Assembly: GCA_964016885.1 (NCBI GenBank)
Contig: OZ024741.1
Coordinates: forward strand, 49,352,001 to 49,416,000
Direction: 5' to 3'
Length of the DNA stretch: 64,000 bases
Origin: Eledone cirrhosa
Lineage: Eukaryota
The stretch's first letter is position 1; every line of letters starts with the position of its first letter. Positions 1 through 14,930 of this stretch are shown piece after piece. The translations under genes and the position numbers were made by a program. The notes under the pieces were generated by a model that worked only from the letters and a program-made list of their open reading frames with translations, was not told the DNA's origin and did no database searches.

Positions 1-1600
1 AGCCTACAAAAAGCCACGGTCACCCTGGCCGCTAGAACAAGTCCCCTGTCCCGGTTGTCTTCCTCCAGTATACAGGCGCACACACAGAGCAGGCCCCTTC
101 ACTCGGGCCATACTGACCACTCTCACCTACCTGTCAACAAACTTGTTGGAAGGTAACACTTCCCTCCCCATCCCGATATTGTTCTTCAAGTGAAAACTAA
201 AAAAGTTAATCAGGGTTTCGCTGAAGAGGAAAGTACTTGTCTTCAATCCTTTCAAACGTGTCCACCACACCACTTCTTTCGCCGTGACCACCACACATAT
301 AAAAATTGCTTGCTCTTTTCGGCTAAAGGAAGGTGGCGAGGTAGTCTTCACAATGGACTCAGCTGATAGTCGGATCCGTCCTACATGTGACAGCAGGAGT
401 TCGACATAAACCCACAAGCCAGCAATGATGTTGAACGGTTCCGAGAAGTAGCCGTTCATTCTAATCACAGAGTAGATGTCGGTGTGAACTGCAGAGATCC
501 ATCCACTGAAAATGGAGTCGAAGCCGGCTGCCTTCAGGTCTGCCGCCAGGTACCGATGGTCGACCCTACCGAAAGCCTTTGTTTCATCTCAGTTCATCAA
601 GTCCCTACCCATGCCAGGTTCCTAAGCCACCCTCTCTATAATGTATCGCATAAGGTGGAGGTTGTCGTGGATGGATCTGTCCAGAATGGCGCATGCCTCC
701 CCCATCACCAGACAACAGACAACAAGCGCCAGCCTCGTTGCTAACACCTTGACCAAAACTTTAAACTCTGCGTGTAGCAGAGTTATGGGCCTGAAATTAT
801 CTATATGGTCCCTTTCGTTCGAGTCCTTTCTCAGTAGCAACACCGCCACTCAGCTAATAGAACTGGGAATTTTCCCGTTCTACTGCCAATTGGTGCAGAC
901 GTCCGCTATGATGTCGCCGAACAAGACTGGCATGTTTGCGTAAAGATCGGAGGGGAGACCATCTAAATCAGACGATTTTCTCCTCATGGAGCTAGCCTTC
1001 GCGTCCATATTTCATCGGCTGTTATCGGCTTTTCGCAACACTCGGCCTCCCTTGCCAAGAGTTACGACGGGCTGTCGAGGTAGGCGCTGAAATCCATCAT
1101 TCGATGTGGCCCGCCACTTCTCACGAACATTTGAGGTAAGTATCACTGAAAAACTGCACACATCTGATTGGGATCGAGTACCATGCACCGCACCATCGTG
1201 GTCCACCAGAGAATGGATTGTACAGGATGGTCCGAACGTCTTGTCACCCCCTACCAAACAGTAATGAGAAAACAGTTTATTTTCCCATTGTAGTATCATC
1301 CTCTTCGGAGGAGCTGGTTTGCCGAATCTTGCAGTGAAGACATGTCGCACGTCATCCATGCTCTTGCCAGCATGCACAAGATCATATGTCCATACACTTG
1401 CAAGCAGCCTCTCTTCCAAACTGTAGGAGCTCTGAAATAGAAAATTATATTATTATTATTATATATTATAATTAATGATATTATATATTATATTATTAAA
1501 ACAAAAAAAATAATGAAAATTAAAACAATATGTGAGAAGGGGTGACAAAACTTTCGGACCACCCTGTAGATTCGTTGTCCCGCCGCGCCACCGACATTTT
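1..1600 (-). mobile_element. Degraded Tx1/L1-clade LINE ORF2 fragment with internal deletion, interrupted by a mariner-type element
   Basis: ORFs 622-849 (IDNFRPITLLHAEFKVLVKVLATRL..SIHDNLHLMRYIIERV) and 127-468 (KEVVWWTRLKGL) match ORF2 of the element at 21277-24716. RT sequence (IRMNGYFSEPF) is fused directly to the C-terminal region near 430. Confidence 0.9.
1221..1568 (-). mobile_element. Tc1/mariner-type deletion derivative retaining an N-terminal HTH (DUF4817-like) transposase fragment
   Basis: 28-bp TIRs (1223-1250 caggatggtccgaacgtcttgtcacccc; 1539-1566 reverse complement, 3 mismatches) and TA at both ends. Encodes EERLLASVW..FTARFGKPAPPKRMILQWENKLF. Removing it restores the LINE peptide NESTIHSLVDHDG. 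Confidence 0.88.
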
Positions 1601-1993
1601 GGTCCATCGAACGTCCAAGGAAGTTTGTTTTCCATCTCATCAGATGGTGGTTTGAGGCTCATCTTGTGACACTCTTTTTCCACCATTTTCTTCACCTCTG
1701 TTAATTCTTCCTGTTTAATGGTTAATTTCTCTAGACTGTTGCCACGCCACGACTGTGTAGGAAACAGCTGGCTGTGTAGGATTGCTTTTTATGTTACTGA
1801 CAACGACTTTCCTTTCCTTGATCCCGTATCATGACTGGCTGGCTGGCTGGTTGGTCAACCCAGTGCTTAACAGGCTTGTTTGTTGGCTAGCTGCTTTTTC
1901 GTTTTTGTTGTTGCTGTTAATGTTGTTGTTGCTGTTGCTGCTGTTGTTGTTATTGCTGCTGCTGTTGTCGATGTTATTGTCGTTGTTTCTGTT

Positions 1994-2345
1994 GTTGGAT
2001 TAGCAGTATCGGTAGAGGGTCTGACACTATGCTTTGCAGCAAAGAGTTACGGCCCTTTTTGGTCTGAGTTCAAATCCCGCCGAGGTTAACTTTGTCTTTC
2101 ATCCTTACAGGGTCGATAAAATAAAGTACCAGTAATACACTGGGATAATTGCTGGCCTTGTGTAAAAAGTAGAAATAATTATTATTATTGCTAGGGTGGT
2201 GTATCGGCAGAATCAGTAGAGCGTCGGACAACATGCTGTATAGCATAGTGTTACGGTCCTTTACGTTCTGATTTCAAATCCCGCCAAAATTAGCTTTCAT
2301 CCTTACGAGGTCGATAAAATAAAGTACCAGTAATACACTGAGGAC
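1994..2345 (+). mobile_element. Two tandem copies of tRNA-derived SINE family A
   Basis: A/B-box-like head (gcagtatcggtagag..gagttcaaatccc), core ctttcatccttacggggtcgataaaataaagtaccag and ccagtaatacactgg hairpin. About 20 copies or fragments in the window. Confidence 0.85.
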
Positions 2346-2411
2346 GTTATGAGTTAAAACAGTTAGGACGTTTTATATATGAAAGTCAGCATATACGGCT
2401 TTATATATATA

Positions 2412-3526
2412 TACTCTCGGGTCCCAAATAATGGGGGGTGGGGTGGAATAAGCGGAGTTGGGTTTCGGTAATTTTTCTAGGTTGTCTCCGTGTTGATTTT
2501 TAAAAAATCAGAATTATTCATTTAGTTTACATATTGAAACCCCCAATCCATCCTATTTATTTTATAACGTACTAGCAGTAAAACCACCCTTCGTGTGGTT
2601 TTCTGCTAGCATGTGGAGTGTGCATGTTTATATTATATACAAATATACATGCATATAGATATGATACATCAAATAAAATCGTAATTGACAATATGCACAG
2701 AAATTGAAGAGAGACTGTGTTTCACCCTCTTCTGTAAGTAAAGTAATCCATGATACATTTAAAAAAGACGATATTATATATAAACTGCATTATGGTGAAA
2801 TATAATGAAACCTTATATAACGATGCAAAAGTGTTATGATATAATGGACGCTAACCGGAAGTGTAGACATTTGAAAATTTTAAAAGAAGTGAATTTTAAA
2901 ATAAAAAATCATTATATATAAGAATATTTATGTTTAATCAACAGCTACGAAATTTAGTAGATAAATTATGTAATATTCATTCATTATTTATTCAAATCCC
3001 GCCGAGGTTAACTTTGCCTTTCATCCTTACGGGGTCGATAAAATAAAGTACCAGTAATACACTGGGATAATTGCTGGGATAATTTCTAGTAATATACTTG
3101 TTTTGTCATGTATAATATTTTTTAATGTTTAAAGAGAATTGATTGTCGCAGGAATGCTACCACTTAAAATAACATTTTGCCGGAGATAGAGTAGCAAAAT
3201 TTAATAAGTGGTGTGGAATAAGAACGGGGGTGGGTGGTGGTGAAAAAATTAGAAAAAATAATAAGTTGGAGAGGCAGCGATTATTCGAGATAGATTACCA
3301 CAATTTAAAAAGTGGGGTGAGTTGGGAGCTGTTTGGAATAGGAGCGGGGGGGGGGGGGGTAGGTGGTAGGAAAATTAATAAACGGGGGTGGGGGAGGTGA
3401 TTATTCGAGATATATTACCAAAATTTAATAAGCAGGGTGATTTAGGAGCTGTTTGCGCGCGGTGTGTGTGTGTGTGTGGGGGGGGGGGGGTAATGAGTAG
3501 GGCGGGATTATTCGAGACCCTAGAAC
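2412..3526. mobile_element. MITE (TACTCTCGGGTCCCAAATAAT TIR family) with nested Helentron-like and SINE insertions
   Basis: Same termini and internal sequence as the uninterrupted copy at 45920-46253; extra DNA at about 2570-3080. Confidence 0.75.
2570..2992 (+). mobile_element. Helentron/HINE (DINE-1-like) non-autonomous element, 3' truncated
   Basis: Starts tACTAGCAG..aaccacccttcgtgtggtttt (subterminal hairpin); homologous to 36159-36664. Confidence 0.65.
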
Positions 3527-4033
3527 AAATAAATGATTAGGTTTTAAAAATATTTTTGAATGTTCAGTAGGTGTACGCTTGGTGTAGGTTATCACCAGAG
3601 AGAAATACATCGGTAAGGAAATAGTTTTGCATATTTTCATAAATAAACTAATCTAACTTAACATATCATTATGTTAAGTTAGGTTAGGTAAGGTTAGATT
3701 AGTGTCTTTAGAAAAATATACCAAATATGTCTTCTTGGTAATGGCGTTCAATAAGCTGCTGGTTTTTGTATTTAAAAAAAATAGAAGTTAAAGATATTTG
3801 TTGATAATATAGATAGTATTTTTTTTTTTACCAAATTAAATTTCACTGTGCATGAAAAAGAAAGTTTTATGATGTAATTGTAAACGAATAAATTCTTCTT
3901 AGTTTTCCTAAAAAGCTATCTTGTTTGTGATGCCACCATCGGTAATTTGTGGTCTAATTTTGAAAAAGGCGGAAACAAAAACGTTTTTTTATGGGTTTAT
4001 TATATTCGGTTTTTTAAAGCCCTACTTATTGGT

Positions 4034-4300
4034 CTTCTTCTTCTTCTTCTTCTTCTTCTTCTTCTTCTTCTTCTTCTTCTTCTTCGACCACATATTCCTA
4101 GTCTTAGATGTATAATACTCAAACACTCCTTCCAGTGAGTCCTGTTAGAAGCAACCGTCTTCAACTGATGCTGCTAGATCCCCAAGCGAGACCAGCCAAG
4201 CTCATGGATATTATCCAACCATCTTACTCGAGGTCTACCCTTGGGAATCTTGTCGATTGGTTTTGCCCGTAAAATCTGTCCAGAGTGTCGAAATAGTTCC
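4034..4300 (-). mobile_element. RTE-clade LINE 3' end with (GAA)n tail
   Basis: Minus strand reads PKGRPRVRWLDNIHELGWSRLG..LKTVASNRTHWKE then (GAA)n. Related fragments near 41310-41445 and 47935-48025. Confidence 0.7.
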
Positions 4301-4800
4301 ATCAAATCTGATCAAAAGGATTAACTGATAAATTTGATTTTGTGCAAAAATATTTCAATATTTGAAAGTGGCAGAGACACCTCCCCCTTACCACCACCAC
4401 CAAAGACCCCCCACCCCCCACAATAAAACAACAACAACAACAACAAAAAACAAAACAAAACGAAAAGAATAAAAAACAAAACAAACAAGTGAAATGGTTA
4501 GCACACCAATATCCTACTGACTTTAATAATGAAGATTTTGCAAAATAAACACAGCATGAACAGTCAGTACATAAAGTAAATTTTGGAAAACCAGAACCGA
4601 AACTTTTACAGTTGCTAAATTTATTAACTTAATAGAGATTTTGTGAGATACTTACAAATGTTTGTGTTAATTTGAGAATATTGTTGACAACTCCAATTAC
4701 AGTAGCATCACCAGAAAGATCTTATAGAATATTGAAACATATCAAATACTAAAACAATGTTGTCTCTGATCAAGAAGAAGCGAGATTGAATTTGAATACA

Positions 4801-5074
4801 TATAAAAATGAGAAAACTCATCGCCAGAACAACCGTTAAAATAGCTAAATGCTGTCAAAGACAGTGATGGGCAAAAATATCTCAGAGGACAGAGACCAGC
4901 GGACAGAGACCAGCGGCCAGTAGTAAACAGAGAGACAATCCACAAGATGGATGACAGCCTATCACCCACTGGCCACTGGTCTCTTTTCTCTGAGGTATGT
5001 TTGCCCATCGCTGTCTTTGACAGCATTTAGCTGTTTTAACGATTGTTCTGGCGATCAGTTTTCTCATTTTTATA
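4801..5074. mobile_element. MITE with ~100-bp TIRs
   Basis: tataaaaatgagaaaactcatcgccagaac.. is mirrored by ..gttctggcgatcagttttctcatttttata. Single ends recur at about 45570-45700 and 39505-39550. Confidence 0.8.
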
Positions 5075-5076
5075 CT

Positions 5077-5248
5077 TACCGTATTTCCTGGAGTCGAAGA
5101 CGCTACTTTTTTCTTAATATAAGTCTAAAAAATCTACCATGCGTCCTGGAGGCAGAAGGTTGTTTATTATTTTTTTTCAAATTTTTGGTTGTCAAAATTA
5201 GGGTGCGCTCTCGAGGACGAAGCGTCTTCGGCGCCGGGAAATACAGTA
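5077..5248. mobile_element. TA-flanked Tc1/mariner/pogo-type MITE
   Basis: TIRs ccgtatttcctggagtcgaagacgc / gcgtcttcggcgccgggaaatacag with TA ends; second copy at 48612-48770. Confidence 0.8.
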
Positions 5249-5585
5249 TATCAAATACTGCTTAACATGACTTGTTGATTTAGGAAGACTGAGTAAGGAA
5301 TCAGACTTTGTCAGAGAAATCGATTTTGAACGCGTTATCTAACATTATTAGATAAAACATTCAGAAAAGCTAATTTCATCAGATGATGAAGATAATCGTT
5401 TCTTTGTATATAGTTTGTTGTTATGGCACACAGGAAATAGATAGCTTTAGATCAGTCATCATATGATGCAACTAGTCTTTCATACTTACGGAGTGGATAA
5501 AATAAAATACCAGTAATGCACTGGGGTCGATTTAATCGGCTTTCCCCAACACCGAAATTGTTGGCCTTGGGCCTAAATCAGAAAC

Positions 5586-6345
5586 TGTGTGTGTATATGT
5601 GTGTGCATGTGTGTGTGCATGTGTGTCTGTATGTGAATGTATGTGTGTTTATGTGTGCGTATGTGTGTGCGTGCGTATGTGCAATGCGCACATGTATGTG
5701 TATGTCTGTGTGTGTATGTGTGTGTATGCATGTGTGTGTATGTGTGTGTATGTATGTGTGTATGTATGTGTGTGTATGTGTGCGTATGTGTGTGTGTGTA
5801 TGTGTGTGTATGTATGTGTGTATATGTGTGTATGTGTGTGTATGTGTGTGTATGTATGTGTGAGTATATGTGTATAGATGTGTGTATGTGTGTGTATGCA
5901 TGTGCGTGCGCATGTGTATGCATATGTGTGTATGTGTGTTCATATGTGCGTATGTGTGTATGTGTATGTATATATATGTGTGTATGTGTGTGCAAGTGTA
6001 TGGATATGTGTGTGCACGTTTTTATGTGTGTATGTACGTGTGTACATATGTGTAGATGTATGTGCATATGTACGCGCATGTGTGTGTATGTATCTATATA
6101 TGTGTGTATGTATGTATGTGTGTGTGTGTGTGCATGTGTGTGTATTTATGTGCATGTGTGTGCATCAGTGTGTACGTGTATGTGTATGTGCGCATTTGCA
6201 TTTATTTGTATGTGTATATGTGTGTGCATGTGTATATGTATCTGCGTGTATGTGTATATGTGTGTGCATGTATGTGTATTTGTGTGTGTATGTGTATGTG
6301 TGTGTATATATGTGTATGTGTGTGTATGTGTGTGTATGCGGTGTA
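5586..6345. repeat. Compound (TG)n/(TATG)n microsatellite
   Basis: Seen directly; source of spurious CV/HT ORFs. Confidence 0.95.
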
Positions 6346-6566
6346 CACGTCTGTCTTTCTCTCAGTTTATATCTGTTTATATAGTTATCCAGTTTCATAC
6401 ACACCTATCTACGTGTCTAATAGTCAGACAACTCTCTTTAACTTGATTGACACAATACTGAATAGTGATACCAGTCAACATTTAATGCTCATTCTAATAA
6501 CACTAAATAGCAATTGAAGCTAAGATTTGCAAACATCTAGATGTTTGCAATATCTATACGTACAAC

Positions 6567-6905
6567 CAGAAGGTGGTGAATTGGCAGAATCGTTAGAACG
6601 TTGGATACAATGTTTTGTGGTTTTCATACCGGCTTTCTGTCCTCTGAGTTTAAATCCTGCCGAAGTTAACTTTGTCTTTCATCTATTCGAAGTCAATAAT
6701 AAATGTACCAGTCAAATACTGGGGTCGATTCTTTCTCTGTGTCTCTTTCTCACTTCCTTTCTCTCACCCTCTCTATCCTTCTCTGGAAGAAATCTGCTGT
6801 ATTCAGACCTGGAGATGATTGGGTTCGGCCAGGTTTATAAAATGCTCTAGAAACGCCGTATGTCAATACGGTGCCGCTACCACTCTCTCAGGAGTTACGG
6901 GTCTC
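6567..6905 (+). mobile_element. SINE-A-derived composite with extended 3' segment
   Basis: SINE head and core followed by ctctggaagaaatctgctgtattcagacctggaga..; further copies at 7455-7790(-), 46640-46965(-) and 49135-49460(+). Confidence 0.7.
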
Positions 6906-6918
6906 TACATACATAAGA

Positions 6919-7195
6919 GGAGGCGCGTGATCTGGTGCTAAGTGTGTTGGACTTACGATCATAATGTCGGGGGTTCGATTCCTGGGTTGCGTGTTGTGTT
7001 CTTAGCAAAACACTTCATTTCACGTTGCTCCAGTATACTCAGCTGAAAGTGCGTACCAGCAATAGCTGGGGGTTAGCTCTGCAATGGACTGGTGTCCTGT
7101 CCAGGGGGAAGTCTTGTACACTCAGTCACTTCACTCCACAGAAACCGGGATAAGCACCATCCTGATGAACCTCTGTGTTCGAGACAGACTTTAGA
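6919..7195 (+). mobile_element. tRNA-derived SINE family B
   Basis: Head ggaggcgcgtg..gggttcgattcctgg, central ttagcaaaacacttcatttcacgttgctccag, then gcaatggactggtgtcctgtccagggg. Confidence 0.75.
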
Positions 7196-8532
7196 CAAAT
7201 ATAAGTACAACCAAGCAAGATGTGAGAAAATTCTAAATGGAAACAAGAAAAAATTATCTACGTATTATTTTTACTTTTAAAATCATGTTTAATATTTCTT
7301 TGCAACAGAATTTTATTTTAAAATGTTATTTTATTCATGTTACTTTTAAGTGTTTTTGTGTTCTTTAACTTTTGTTCCAATTATCATCGATGTAAAAGAC
7401 ATTGCCCTTCTTGAAGATCGTTACTGTTTACAACTCCTTTGTTCCTATTAATAGGTTGGGTATGGTTCCGTAACTCCTAGTGGAATCTTAGGGTCGCCGT
7501 GGTGACATACGGCGTTTCTTGGGTATTTTAAAGTCTGGCGGAGACCACCCCTCTCCATGTCTGAACACAGCAGATTTCTTCCAGAGAAGGGTAGAAAGTG
7601 AGAGATAGGATGTGAGAAAGAAACATAGAGGAAGAATCGGCCTCAGTACTAAACTGGTACTTTTTGTATCGACCTTGAAAGGATGAAATACAAAGTTGAC
7701 TTCGGCAGGATTTAAACTCAGAGAGCAGAGAGCCGGAACGATTACCGCAAAGAATCATATCAGACTTTCAAATGACTCGGCCAATCCGCTGACTTGATCT
7801 TATTAATTACACTGGTCAACAAAATTTGAAAGGCAAAGTTAACCTCGGGAGTTCAAATCCCGCCGAGGTTAACTTTTCCTTTCATCCTTATGGGGTCGAT
7901 AAAATAAAGTACCAATAATGCACTGGGATAATTCTTGGCCTTGTGCCAAAAGTAGAAACAATTAATTACATTGGTCAACAAAATTTTGCTTTATTTCTGC
8001 TGACCAAAGTTTGAGACTTATTCTTGAGTAATTTGGGGCCGCTGAGTTTTAAAATGACAATCCTTTTTTTCTATCACATCAAGTATTTACTTGGCCAACA
8101 AGGAGGGTATATAAAATACCCATGTTTCCTGTGTTTATGGGATAGCCGAGCGAAAGACAAACACGAAAACTTAATGTGTTAGGAAAAAATGGATCCCATA
8201 TTTGAAATCAGCACCTCAAAATTAGCTAAAAACAACAACAAAGCCTAAGTCAGCAAAAAGTGTGTTGACCAGTGTTATCATTATATAAATGTATACATTT
8301 TATATATATGTATGTTAGCAATGTTTTGTAGGCAATGAATTATTTGTCTGTCTTTCAAACCAATTATTTTGATATCATTTTACCATGATAATTGATAAAA
8401 TTAGAGATTCAATAGTCAAGTCTACTATTAACAAGATTGGTTCTGACAGAAACGATATTAGAATTCACAATTCATTGCGTTTGTGAATTGATATATATAC
8501 ACTAGAAATAAAAAGAATGAGCAATTTTTACT

Positions 8533-8767
8533 TACGAGGGTAGGCTAAAAGGTTCATAAGCTGACTATGAAAGAGTAATGCTAGAACTGTGAAATCTTGC
8601 ATGCTTTAATTTCAACTCTTATCATTAATAACTGCATTGTTTCTTTCCAGGGGCTATGTTAAACAAATAAACCATATTTGGTAATTCCATGAGAATATCT
8701 TGGTCAGCCTATGAACTTCTCAGCCTATGAAATTTTCAGCCTATGAACTTTTTAGCTGATCCTCGTA
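8533..8767. mobile_element. Mariner-type MITE
   Basis: TA-cgagggtaggctaaaaggttcataagctga ... tcagcctatgaactttttagctgatcctcg-TA; partial copy at about 16983-17085. Confidence 0.8.
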
Positions 8768-10721
8768 TGCTATATAGTTCGAGAAATTCTAACATGAGAA
8801 TATTTTCGTCTGATCTTTATTAAGTTTTGTTCTGGTTGGAATTATGAATGCTTTAGTGTCTTTTCTTGTGGGAGTTGTTTAACGCAGCCCTTTAATCTAA
8901 ATGCGAAGGTGGTTGAAAAGAGATAATGGTACAACTGATTTCCATGAGAGAAGTTGACCCTTCTCTAAAGTTCTCAATAACATCCTATTCTTATATACAC
9001 CCCCTAACCAAACGCCAACCTGTACCCATGACTCCTGCTAAACCGTACATACCCTCCAAATTTGGCAAATCAAACGCGGACCACCCATCTTCCTAAACTC
9101 GGTATACGTAACAGGACCGCAACAGTCAGCAAATGGAGAAGACAGACCTTATCAAGCTGCAGCTGTCATATTATGTAGTTTCTATATCATAAAGCCTATA
9201 AAGCTAGATTGCCTGAACACGAAATTTTTAGTGCAAATTATATAGACTACATAAAAAAAACTAGGTCCCCTGACTGACTTACTCACCAACACATTCTAGC
9301 CTCTGGCACAGACGTATTGCATCTTCACTCTACTTTTTATCGTGCTACTACGGTGACCTCTGCTTCTAGGATCTAGCTAGTTTTGCACCACTTCCACCCA
9401 TGCCCATCCGGCTCACACGTCTTTCCTCTCGTCAATTATATTATATCTGATAGAATAGTCTCCTCACTAATCATTAAGCCTAATCATTTATCCCTAGACG
9501 CCAGCTATTGGGAAATTCCTTCCTTACCAACGTTTGTCTTACAGTTGTTGTCGGCTTGCAGACCCACCAGTGGAGCCCATCAAGTCCCTGAACATCTCCA
9601 TCGAAACCAAACTATTAAAAAAAATACTATATATGCCGGCCTATTGGACGCATTAAAAACATCTTCCCTGCGTCCAATACGCCCATATCACCGATGGGAG
9701 GCCAAACAGAGGGTGAGGACAATCATGGTTAAAAATCAATGTAGTTTGTATTACTATTAGTATTACTAATATAGGAATACAATACAATTTATATAAGCAA
9801 AATGATATTGAACTTACATAAGTTTCTGAATAAATCAGTGAAATGATTTGTAATAAATTTACGAAGAAATGTACTAAAATTCTTTTTTTCTCAAACTGTC
9901 CTCAAACCAGGGAGCATCTTATACGAAGGGTTGTCCAAAAGGCCAACAAATATACGGCATATATTTGTTGATAAGCGTTGGCATTTCGCAAGATCACAGC
10001 TAGGGTTAGCGATATTGGATTGTAATGATGGTGTGGCGCTGCTAACGGATTTAAGTGGCTTTTGTAATGATATTAGTAACTTTAGCGATATTATGGTATT
10101 AGTAGCAGTGGTGACGACGGCCATGTTGGTAGTAAAATGATGATCATCATGAAGGTGGAACGTTAATGAGAGTTATGGTGGTGTTAAGGTGGTGCTATAT
10201 AGAGTTAATGGTCGTCGACGTGTTAAAGAAGTGTTTCCCATGAAGTTTGTAGTAAATCAATTGAATGCATGTCACCTTTATGTCACCTGAACCTTATTAC
10301 TGTCAACAATAACCGGTCCCTTTCTTTTAATCTCTTCCTGTTGACGATAACCGGTCCACGTCTTTGACTTGCTTACTTCTCATTATTTCTCTACAATCTT
10401 CCCGGGATTTTCTCTTCCTTCATCTCTTTCTTACTGAAATCTCTTATTTCTTTCCTCTCTTGTTTCCTTCACTTTCTCGTTGCCGCCATTGCTTTTCTAT
10501 TGCTTTTATTTGTTTTTCATTTTGTTCATTTTGCCTTCACATTTCATGTGGGTTAGTTTCTATATTTTGGTTTGGCTTTGTTTGTTTGTTTATTTAGTTT
10601 TATTTAGATTCAAACTCACTATAAACAATACTTAGCGTATTAAAGATATACCAACTCATGCTAAATATATATACACAAACATATATCTGTCTCTCCCCAC
10701 GCTCTCTCTCTCACTCTAATT

Positions 10722-10759
<38 letters not shown>

Positions 10760-10800
10760 GTGTATGTATAAATATGTGTGTGTGTGTGTGTGTGTGTGTG

Positions 10801-10936
<136 letters not shown>

Positions 10937-11264
10937 TTAGATAACGGTGCTATTTTCATTTACTCTTCTCTGGTGAATAATCTCGCCTTACGCTGCTCTT
11001 TATCAAAATAACGTTCTGCTTGTGTCATCTAAATACTCTATTTTGTTGCTTGTTTACGCAATGTCTTTTCGAATCTTTTAGATATATATCTATTTAAAGC
11101 GGTCATTATTTCTCAAGAGTATCTCTTCTTCACTTTCTGTCTCTCCCCCACTCCTCAAACTCACTCTCTCCCCACCCTCTCTCCTTCTCCCTCTCTCTCT
11201 ATTTTTCTGTCTTCCTTCCATTCTCTGAAATTATCTATTTCATTTATATATGAATATAAATATA

Positions 11265-11327
<63 letters not shown>

Positions 11328-11403
11328 TGTGTGTGTGTGTGTGTGAGTATTTATATATATGTATATATATATATACATATGTATATATATAATTGCATGT
11401 GTG

Positions 11404-11447
<44 letters not shown>

Positions 11448-11571
11448 CATATGTATATATATATATTTGTGTGTGTGTATATATATATATATTTATGTAT
11501 CTGTGTATATATATATGGATATATATACATATATATACATACATACATATATATATATATATACACCCCCC

Positions 11572-11608
<37 letters not shown>

Positions 11609-11792
11609 GAAGACAAAAAAGAGAAAGTAAACGTGAATGAAGAAGCTGGAGAAGGAGAAAAGACGGCCATTATTTCAAATGTAAATTATTCATGACCTTT
11701 GTGATATTCCCCTTTCAAATATTCTCTTATACGAGACTCTCGCTCCAGATCTCTTTCTCTCTCCCTCTTTCACTTTCTCCTTATCTCTGTTT

Positions 11793-11848
<56 letters not shown>

Positions 11849-11947
11849 TCTTATACTAGACTCTCGCTCCAGACCACTCTCTCTCTCTCTCTCTCTCTTT
11901 CATTTTTTCTTGTTTCTCTTTCAATATATATATATATATGTATATGT

Positions 11948-12107
<160 letters not shown>

Positions 12108-12130
12108 ATATATGTATATATATATATATG

Positions 12131-12207
<77 letters not shown>

Positions 12208-12235
12208 TATATATATATATATATAAATAAATGTA

Positions 12236-12267
<32 letters not shown>

Positions 12268-12998
12268 CACCCGCGCCCGTGAAACAGACCGCACCACAAC
12301 CCTCTCACCTCAACCCCGCCCTCCCAACACCCGTGTTCCTTTCCCTCTCACCTACCAACCCATCACCCTACCACTCCGGCGACATATCCTCCATTCCTTC
12401 CGTATCTCTTTCTTCTGACCCCGTCACTTCTCGTTTTTTTCAAAACCCACCCATTACTGCTTTTAAGCGCGCCCGCAACCTCCGCGACCTCCTGGTTCAC
12501 AGTTCCCTTTCGTCCTCTCCCACGACTCCACCCGGCTCTCATCCTTGTTCCCGTTCCCGCTGCAACACTTGTCCCTTTATTTCCTCCCTCACTACTCTTA
12601 CAGGCCCTAACAGGTCTTTCCGTATCCGCCATTCCTTCACCTGCACATCCACCCATGTTGTCTATGCCCTCCTGTGTTCCCTTTGCGGGTCTTTATATAT
12701 CGGACAAACGGGACGCCGTATAGCCAACCGTTTTGCCGTACATTTGAGGGACATACTCCTGTTGCCCGTCATTTCTGTGTTCCTGGTCATTCTTCCCTAC
12801 ACGTTTCAGTCCTGGGTGTCCTTTTATAGATCACAGATCAGGCGCACCAGGACTGAACAAAGTCTGATTCACCGCCTTCGGTCCTATTCCCCTCTAGGAC
12901 TCAACTCACCTCCCCAATTTCCTAATAACCCATCCATTATCACATCCCTAGATTCCTATCGCTTTCTCTTGATCATTAGCAACTTCTCTTACAACTAA
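12268..12998 (+). pseudogene. PLE (Neptune-like) GIY-YIG endonuclease 3' fragment inserted in (TA)n
   Basis: AFKRARNLRDLLV..PCSRSRCNTCPFI..FTCTSTHVVYALLCSLCGSLYIGQTGRRIANRFAVH..PLGLN: GIY-YIG with a CxxC insertion and an upstream Cys motif; 5' truncated. Confidence 0.9.
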
Positions 12999-13606
12999 TA
13001 CATGCCGACTATATATGCTTACTCCACTTTTCCCTTCACTGCTCTGTATACACACATACACACCCTTATATTAACATACTTTTGCTCATAGCTTCGTACG
13101 TACATGCACACACACTCTTTTACTCACATATACACACACTTTTCTTCTTAGCTTCGTACGGACGTATAATAACACACACACACACGCGCGCGCGCGCGCG
13201 CACACTTACGCACACACACACACACACGCACACGCACACGAACACGCACACGCACACACACACACACACAAGCTTACGCACGTGCACAAGTATAGCTCTT
13301 TTTATAAAACGTTTTTTTCCTGTTTCAGGTAGATGCGCTCCATCATCCACTTTTCTAAAAAAATAAATCATACACAAAACTCCAGCACCAACAGTTTTGA
13401 AAGAGATGTCAACATGAATGGTCATGTTATTTTTATCTAAAGACATTTTTTCCAATTCCATCCCGCCCGTCCCGTCAATCGACCCTCTTCCTGCTATATC
13501 AAGCGTTAAACTAATATATCCCTTCCATATACTGTACCGATTGTGTTGTTATTTCTGTTTACCTTTTACATATATATATTTATATATATATATATTTATA
13601 TATATG

Positions 13607-13645
<39 letters not shown>

Positions 13646-13648
13646 GTA

Positions 13649-14431
<783 letters not shown>

Positions 14432-14460
14432 CACATATATATATATATGTATATATATAT

Positions 14461-14630
14461 TTATTAAAAAAACCAGATTAAAGTTTAAGCAGAGAATCGC
14501 TGCTTTCACCCTTTGCTTAAACTTTAATCTGTTTTTTTTAATGAATATTTGCTCTACGGTTCTTATATATTTGATATATATTTATCCCTCTTTGGATTTT
14601 AGTCTTCAAATTTATTATTATTACTATAGA
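14461..14630 (+). mobile_element. Short PLE 3'-terminal fragment with inverted arm (same family as 56995-59012)
   Basis: Matches 58870-59012; the first ~50 bp are the inverted complement; TA-flanked. Confidence 0.85.
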
Positions 14631-14643
14631 TGTATATATATAC

Positions 14644-14675
<32 letters not shown>

Positions 14676-14714
14676 ATGTATTATTATTACTATATATAAG
14701 TATATATATATATG

Positions 14715-14771
<57 letters not shown>

Positions 14772-14930
14772 ATATATATATATATATACACACATATGTG
14801 TGTGTGTGTTTATATATAATATGCATATATATATTTATAAAATATACATACACCCACACACATATATATATATGTATGTGTTTATATATAATATGCATAT
14901 ATACGTTTATATAATATACGTACATACATA

